DNA of 64,000 nt from a virus. The stretch lies in the IMG/VR virus record IMGVR_UViG_3300021375_002698. One strand, given 5' to 3'. Below, piece by piece: positions 58,312 to 64,000 of the stretch. A program made the position numbers and the translations under genes. The first letter of the stretch is position 1. Each line of letters opens with the position of its first letter. Below the pieces are notes generated by a model. The model made no database searches and was not told where the DNA came from. It was given only the letters and a program-made list of their open reading frames with translations.

Positions 58312-58953
58312 TTAGCTTATTTTCATTATAAGCAAGTAAGTATGTTCTGATATTTTGTTACCTTGATTTGCAACTGTGTCTACGTTTGAAACAGCAGCAA
58401 GTCTAATACCAATTGTTGTTGAGGATGTCAAATTTAACCATGATTGTATTGTAGTCGCTTTACCGTCTGAGTATGAGGTTGAATTATCACCAATTAGTCC
58501 TGCTGCGCTTTTTGTATCATTATTACTTGTGTTTGATAGATTGAATAAAAGATAACCGCTAGCTGAAAACTCTACGTAAGTTTGACATTGTACAAAATAC
58601 TTTCCTGCAGGTAATGTTATATCACTATACCAATTAGAAGATAAGTGTTGCGTTAAAGAAGCTCCTGATATGTTATTTATAGGACCTGTATCATATATTC
58701 TCAAATATGAGTCTTGATTCATGTTCGAAGCGCCGCTATTTGAGTATGCACTAGTTTCACCTTGTCCAATTAACATGTAGTTAGTTGAAGTTGAAGGTGC
58801 AGCTGAATTTACCCAAGCACTACCGTTATATTTTAAGACCTGTGTATCTGAAGCTGATGATATTGTAACATCTGATAAATTTTCTACGGAAAGCGTAATT
58901 TCTCCGCTACTATTAGGACTTTGACCTGCTACTGTTATTTTATTATGACTCAT
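58312..58953 (-). CDS. Short fibre/receptor-binding-like protein, paralogue of 57635..58297
   Basis: NLSDV...QVLKYNGSAWVN; ITLPAGKYFV. Confidence 0.6.
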   Translation of the reverse strand: MSHNKITVAGQSPNSSGEITLSVENLSDVTISSASDTQVLKYNGSAWVNSAAPSTSTNYMLIGQGETSAYSNSGASNMNQDSYLRIYDTGPINNISGASLTQHLSSNWYSDITLPAGKYFVQCQTYVEFSASGYLLFNLSNTSNNDTKSAAGLIGDNSTSYSDGKATTIQSWLNLTSSTTIGIRLAAVSNVDTVANQGNKISEHTYLLIMKIS

Positions 58954-59026
58954 GATACGATATTCTTTCTATTTCTATTATCCTATATGTATATATTAGT
59001 CACAAAGAGAATATTAACAGCTTTTA

Positions 59027-62000
59027 TTAAACAACTTCCCAGTTTGTAGAGCTGCCGGCAACTAATGTTACAGACTGATTTGCTACATTTAAAACTAATG
59101 TCGCGGATCCGTCAATTGTTTCTGAGCCATTTCCGTCAATTGTTAAGTCATTTCCTGCAGCAGTTAGTTTAACTCTTATTTCTTTTCCTGCTGTAACACC
59201 AGATCTTGCTGGAAGATTTAATGTAACTGCGCCGCCTGAAGTGCTTACGCTGTAGTGATACTCAGCTTGAGCTGTAGTTGTAGATGTTATTGCAGAGTAT
59301 GTAAATCCACCGCCACCACCACTCATTGCTGTCCAAGATAAAGTTCCACTACCATTAGTCTTTAGAACTTGATTTGCTGATCCATCACCATCTGGTAAAG
59401 TAAATGTAACATTGCTTGTAACAGCAGCTGGAGCTTTAAACCCTAAGTAGTTTGTTCCGTTACCTGACCCTTCGCTTAGTCTTATCTCTTTTTGATTTTT
59501 TATAACAAGATTACCCGTAGTATTAAATTCACCACTGTCTTCAACTCTAAACACTTCTGTTCCATCATATTGTTGGAATACAAAGTCATCAGAATCAACC
59601 ATTAGCTTCATTATAACTTCGCCAGCAGTTCCGTCTAAGTCTAAAGCTAGTTGATCTGTACCTCCATCTTGGAATTTAATATCACCCGTTGTAGAGTTTA
59701 AATGCAACTCACCAGTTGAATCAATTGATATAGGAGTTGCTGCAATTGTAAGACCAGTTGTTCCATCGTGAGTTAATGTTGCATCGTTACCAGCACCAAG
59801 GGATATTACTGAAGAGTCTGAAGTTAGTTTAATATCATTACTAAATGATGTTGTTCCACCGTTTGAACCATCTATATTTACTGCAGTTGTTAAAGTACCA
59901 GCTGCCATTACGTAAAGCATTAAACGACCATCTTCAGATCCGTTTCCATGAGTAATTTTTCTACCATCTATAGAAGTAAAAATCTTTGAATTACCTGCAT
60001 CGTTTCTTGCTTTTCCTGATATTTTATATATAGTATCAGTTGCTCCATCACTTTCAGAGTGATTTAGAATTAAATTAGGACCATATCCATCTGTATGTTC
60101 TGCTTTTAATTCTAACTTAGGATCATAAGATCCGTCTCCATCACTATCTAACGTTATCAATAGACCTGAGTTTTCTACATGTGTTATTTTAACATCATCT
60201 GATGGTCCCATTGATAATACTGCGCCAGATGTTGGCATTTTAATATCGTGATTAAATATTGCTGTACCAGCATCTGAACCATCTAATGTTAACATAGTTA
60301 TATCAGATGAACCATCTGTACCTTTAAATATGATGTCAGAATCACCCGCTTGAGCGTCTATGGTTATATTACCTAAAGATGTTGCGATTGTTACTGCAGC
60401 GTCGCCAGCTGTTAAATCATCAGCAGCAGTACTTCCACCGCCAGATTGAGCAACCCAATCAAGATTTCCAGAACCATCTGTTTTAAGCACTTGATTAGCA
60501 GAGCCGTCTGATGTTGGGAAATCATAAGTAATACCACCTAATGATAGCTTGCCTGCTACTGTTGACGTAGAACTAGTTCCCGCACCAATTGTTACATCAA
60601 TCTCACCGTCAGCAGAACCATCAGATAGAAGTAAGCCCTGCGTTAAAGTACCATCATGTTCAGCTACGCTTAGTGTTAATTTACCACCTTCAGCTCCATT
60701 AGATGCATCAGCTACTTGTGCTTTTATTTCAGCAAATTTAATTTGATCCTGGTTGTCATCATCAGCATAGAATTCAATTAAACCTGCAACATCATTATCA
60801 GCACCAGCAGCACCCTTATCTTTCACAAATCTTAGTCTAGCACCATTAGCATCATTAGTTGTGTTTTTAATTATAACTAAAGGATCTGTAGAGTTTGCTG
60901 AAGAGAAAGTAGATGTATCACCGCTTACACCTAATCCACCAGAAACTGTAAGGTATCCTACGTGATCTATTGACATAACTTCAGCAGCAGCGTTTCCACC
61001 TGTTGAAGTTTTAAAAGATAACTTAGTGTTATTTTTAGCTGTAGATGAGAATGTTGTTTTTGTAACTGATTCAATGCTACTTATAACACCTGTAAATCCA
61101 GTAGTGTCTGTGGCTTTAAAGTCAATACTTCCTACTACTTCCCCGTTAGATAATTCACTTTCCCCAGAAATTAATGTTAGTCTAACTGGTTTATCATCAC
61201 CTGTCTCGGTATTTTTAAGTAAAAGACCCACATCAGGATCATGTGTCAATGTAACTTCTGAGTCTGCACCAAAGTGTAAAACTGAGTTATCTGATTTTAA
61301 TAATAAATCATCACCTATTACAACATCTAAAGCAACACTTAGACCGCCATCAGTTTGTATAGCACCGTCAGTAGTTGATGTAGCATTTGTTGTATCATCT
61401 GTTATAATTCTACCGTCAGCTGATATTGCGCCAGCTGCAGAGATTGTTACTCCAGTTGATCCTAAACCGCCATTAATATTAACGCCTCCAGCGCCTGAAA
61501 GAGTTAACGCGCCTGATGATGTTGTAAAGTTAGATGCTGCATCTGAATCTAACGATATACCTGTTGCGTCAAGAGTATAAGTACCTTGTACATCTACATC
61601 CATGATACCTGCGTCAATGTTTAAAATAGATCCTGCATCAGCATTCGCGCTAATCAATATAGCTTCACCTGCAGTATGTGCAGAAGTTATTGCAATATGA
61701 CCATCAGCTGAAGTTGTATCAATTGTAATCTCATCTGCAGCATCAATATCAATCATATCTGCTGAATCGATATTGATACCACCTGCACTTGCATTTAAGT
61801 GAAGAGCACTAGCACCAGTACCTGCTGAAGTTAATCGTAATTCTTGAGTTCCTCCACCAGCAACTGAAATATCTAAGTCCTTAGCTGATCCTGTAACTGT
61901 TAAGTTAGAATCATCTGTACCATCAATAGATAATGTAGTACCATCCATTGTAATACCAGCAGTTGCATCTATATCAAGTACACCTGCATCTATATCAACA

Positions 62001-64000
62001 ATAGAAGCTGCGTTAGCATTACCATCTAAATGAATAGCTGTGCTACTTTCATGATCACCTTTAATTGTAACCTTTTTAGCATTGTTTTCTGCTTCAATTA
62101 AAACGTCACCTGCAGCTGATTTAATATTAGTATCACCTGAAGTTGTAGTAATTGTTACAGCAGCATCGCCTGCTGATATATCATCAGCAGCTGTACTTCC
62201 ACTTCCTAATCCAGATACAAAGTTAGCTTTTGTCATTTTTCTCAATGCTGAAGCTGAATCATCATAGATTAATACTAAGTCATCATTATGTATAGAAGTT
62301 TCTGCCGTTTGCCCTGTAATCACATTTGCATTTACCATTGCTGTTTCCACAGCACCTGATGCGATTGTTAAAGCACCAGCATCTGAAGCTGTTGCGTCTC
62401 CACTTATTGATGAGTATACATACTTCTTAATTCTAGAAAGTGCAGATTTTCTATTTGTTCCACCCGCACCATCATCAACAACAATTAAGTCTGCATCAAC
62501 AAGATCAGCGCCAATATCTGTACCACCGTCTAAGTCTAATGAAGATAAAGCAACTTTATTAGCTGTAGTTAATTGATTAAGCTTAGAGTTAGCAATTGAG
62601 CCTGCCAACATAGCACTTGTAATACCACTAGCTTTAACTCTTAGCGCATCTGAACTTACTTCGATTGAACTATCATCAACAGCTACATTTAAAGTGTTAC
62701 CAGATTTTGTTAAAGCGCTTCCTGCTGTAATTTGACCTGCGCCACTGAATTGTGTAAATGCTAAACTATGAGTACCAACAGTATCAGCGCCTGCATTTGA
62801 TGTACAAACAAAACCTGCATCTGCATTTGCAGTTCCTTCTTCTACAAAAACAAATACACCAGCAGCACTTGAAGCAGCTTCCATATCTGCGCCTCTTGAA
62901 GGAGAAACGCCATCAGCAGCAACAACATAAATACCATTTTGTGAAGCTGTACTTTGATCTTTGAGTAAAACTCTATCACCTGCAACTAGTGTCACACCAT
63001 CAATTGTTGCACCTGCATCACATCCATCTGAAAGTGATGCAATATTTGCTGTTGAAGCAACATGTACTGAATCTTTTACATCTAAACCTTCAGCAACGCT
63101 ATCTACATATGATTTAGTAGCTGCATCACCATCAGCTGTTGGAGTTGCTAAACCTGTAATCTTTTGACTATTCATTGCTAAAGCTGCAGCTTGACCTGAC
63201 AATGTTAAACTAGTAAATGTTGGACTTGATCCTGTTCCTAATCCTAAACTAGTTCTAGCTGTGTTTGCACTTTCATAAGCAAAAGCACCAGATCCTGTAG
63301 CAACAATAAATTGACCGTCTGAAGCAGGAGCGCCTAAAGTTTCTAAATCTGCAAATATTGCATTATTCATCTTAGCAGCTGTAATTGAACCAGCTAACAT
63401 TGTATTAGTAACAGTTCCAGAATCACCTGTGCCTACAAGATTTCCTGTAGAAGTTGGCAATGTTAATGTAACGTTTCCGCTATAACTTCCATGTGCTGCT
63501 GATTGTAATTGTGTATAATGTGCATTACCAACTTCACAATATAGCTTAACGTTTGAAACTGAACCGCTGTTTTTAACAGAAATCGATCCGCTTTGCATAT
63601 CAATACCAGATGTACCATCAATTCTAACTACACCTGAACCGTTTGGTGTTAAAGTAATATTACCATTAGAAATTGAAACTATATCTTGACCGTTAACGTC
63701 TAAAGATCCACCTAATTGAGGCGTTGTATCTTCAACAACATTAGATAAGTTACCACTACTACCAGTTCCAGATAGTAAAGTATTTAATGTCATCTTTTTA
63801 AGAGCGCTAGCTGAATTGTCCCATACTAAAACTGCATCGTTTCCATTGTCATCTTTACTTGATAGTTCTGTTTGACCTGTAACTACATTTGAATTAACCA
63901 TTGCTTTTTCAACTGAATTAGCTCCAATAGTTAATGCACCGCCAGCTGCTACTGTTGCATCACCACTGATATCATTGAAAATAGCATCTCTTACAACACT
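59027..64000 (-). CDS. Very long tail fibre/adhesin (>1657 aa), 5'-truncated by the window
   Basis: Frame stays open from 63901 to 64000 (SVVRDAIFNDISGDATV...). G/A/S/T/D-rich with fibre motifs DAATKSYVD, GDRVLLKDQ..QNGIY and two copies of GSANQVLKT.GSG. Confidence 0.88.
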   Translation of the reverse strand, partial: SVVRDAIFNDISGDATVAAGGALTIGANSVEKAMVNSNVVTGQTELSSKDDNGNDAVLVWDNSASALKKMTLNTLLSGTGSSGNLSNVVEDTTPQLGGSLDVNGQDIVSISNGNITLTPNGSGVVRIDGTSGIDMQSGSISVKNSGSVSNVKLYCEVGNAHYTQLQSAAHGSYSGNVTLTLPTSTGNLVGTGDSGTVTNTMLAGSITAAKMNNAIFADLETLGAPASDGQFIVATGSGAFAYESANTARTSLGLGTGSSPTFTSLTLSGQAAALAMNSQKITGLATPTADGDAATKSYVDSVAEGLDVKDSVHVASTANIASLSDGCDAGATIDGVTLVAGDRVLLKDQSTASQNGIYVVAADGVSPSRGADMEAASSAAGVFVFVEEGTANADAGFVCTSNAGADTVGTHSLAFTQFSGAGQITAGSALTKSGNTLNVAVDDSSIEVSSDALRVKASGITSAMLAGSIANSKLNQLTTANKVALSSLDLDGGTDIGADLVDADLIVVDDGAGGTNRKSALSRIKKYVYSSISGDATASDAGALTIASGAVETAMVNANVITGQTAETSIHNDDLVLIYDDSASALRKMTKANFVSGLGSGSTAADDISAGDAAVTITTTSGDTNIKSAAGDVLIEAENNAKKVTIKGDHESSTAIHLDGNANAASIVDIDAGVLDIDATAGITMDGTTLSIDGTDDSNLTVTGSAKDLDISVAGGGTQELRLTSAGTGASALHLNASAGGINIDSADMIDIDAADEITIDTTSADGHIAITSAHTAGEAILISANADAGSILNIDAGIMDVDVQGTYTLDATGISLDSDAASNFTTSSGALTLSGAGGVNINGGLGSTGVTISAAGAISADGRIITDDTTNATSTTDGAIQTDGGLSVALDVVIGDDLLLKSDNSVLHFGADSEVTLTHDPDVGLLLKNTETGDDKPVRLTLISGESELSNGEVVGSIDFKATDTTGFTGVISSIESVTKTTFSSTAKNNTKLSFKTSTGGNAAAEVMSIDHVGYLTVSGGLGVSGDTSTFSSANSTDPLVIIKNTTNDANGARLRFVKDKGAAGADNDVAGLIEFYADDDNQDQIKFAEIKAQVADASNGAEGGKLTLSVAEHDGTLTQGLLLSDGSADGEIDVTIGAGTSSTSTVAGKLSLGGITYDFPTSDGSANQVLKTDGSGNLDWVAQSGGGSTAADDLTAGDAAVTIATSLGNITIDAQAGDSDIIFKGTDGSSDITMLTLDGSDAGTAIFNHDIKMPTSGAVLSMGPSDDVKITHVENSGLLITLDSDGDGSYDPKLELKAEHTDGYGPNLILNHSESDGATDTIYKISGKARNDAGNSKIFTSIDGRKITHGNGSEDGRLMLYVMAAGTLTTAVNIDGSNGGTTSFSNDIKLTSDSSVISLGAGNDATLTHDGTTGLTIAATPISIDSTGELHLNSTTGDIKFQDGGTDQLALDLDGTAGEVIMKLMVDSDDFVFQQYDGTEVFRVEDSGEFNTTGNLVIKNQKEIRLSEGSGNGTNYLGFKAPAAVTSNVTFTLPDGDGSANQVLKTNGSGTLSWTAMSGGGGGFTYSAITSTTTAQAEYHYSVSTSGGAVTLNLPARSGVTAGKEIRVKLTAAGNDLTIDGNGSETIDGSATLVLNVANQSVTLVAGSSTNWEVV

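Noticed and set aside
4519-59026. tRNA or structured ncRNA in intergenic gaps
   Set aside because: Gaps are at most ~125 nt and AT-rich, with no cloverleaf or T-loop; only the capsid terminator hairpin is evident.
1185-63167. Many short plus-strand ORFs in the track (e.g. 7215..7535, 17587..18057, 61026..61580) and nested minus-strand ORFs 9729..9917 and 57805..58038
   Set aside because: They are antisense or out-of-frame shadows of long coding genes, with Ser/Leu/Phe-rich composition and no motifs.
57635-64000. Diversity-generating retroelement or invertible fibre cassette
   Set aside because: No reverse transcriptase, invertase, adenine-mismatched TR/VR pair or inverted repeats were seen; the repeats are diverged protein modules.
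218-64000. Alternative genetic code (stop codon reassignment)
   Set aside because: Core genes are full length under the standard code, coding density is near complete, and TAA, TAG and TGA all end genes at sensible junctions.

Overview
The window is a very AT-rich, gene-dense segment of a large tailed dsDNA bacteriophage (myovirus-like, with a T4-type head module). Almost all genes are on the minus strand. In transcription order (64000->1) it contains: (1) a very long Gly/Ala/Ser/Thr/Asp-rich tail fibre that is open to the window edge, two paralogous small fibre proteins and a decoration-like protein; (2) a putative sigma70-promoter operon with a Cas4/RecB-like Fe-S nuclease, two GT4-type glycosyltransferases, a membrane protein, a phage sigma-like factor and a small helical protein; (3) a ~31 kb baseplate region with gp5-like spike, gp25, gp6, a gpI/gp7-like wedge with LamG domains, and many giant uncharacterised proteins; (4) RuvC-like resolvase, primase and a fused SbcD-SbcC (Mre11-Rad50); (5) large terminase, portal, prohead protease, scaffold and major capsid protein, followed by an intrinsic terminator; (6) a free-standing Hef/Vsr-like endonuclease; (7) small accessory genes (HExxH protein, membrane proteins, VOC protein, GIY-YIG nuclease), converging on a plus-strand gene fragment with a perfect 30-bp tandem repeat. 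No tRNA, rRNA, CRISPR array, integrase, reverse transcriptase, tail sheath or tail tube gene was recognised. The best candidates for new biology are the nuclease/double-glycosyltransferase/sigma operon, an apparently split and duplicated fibre-attachment (DUF3751-like) domain in the baseplate, and a protease-cleavable L/I-x-E targeting code shared by candidate head-packaged proteins. All calls are by eye from motifs and gene context; no database search was run.
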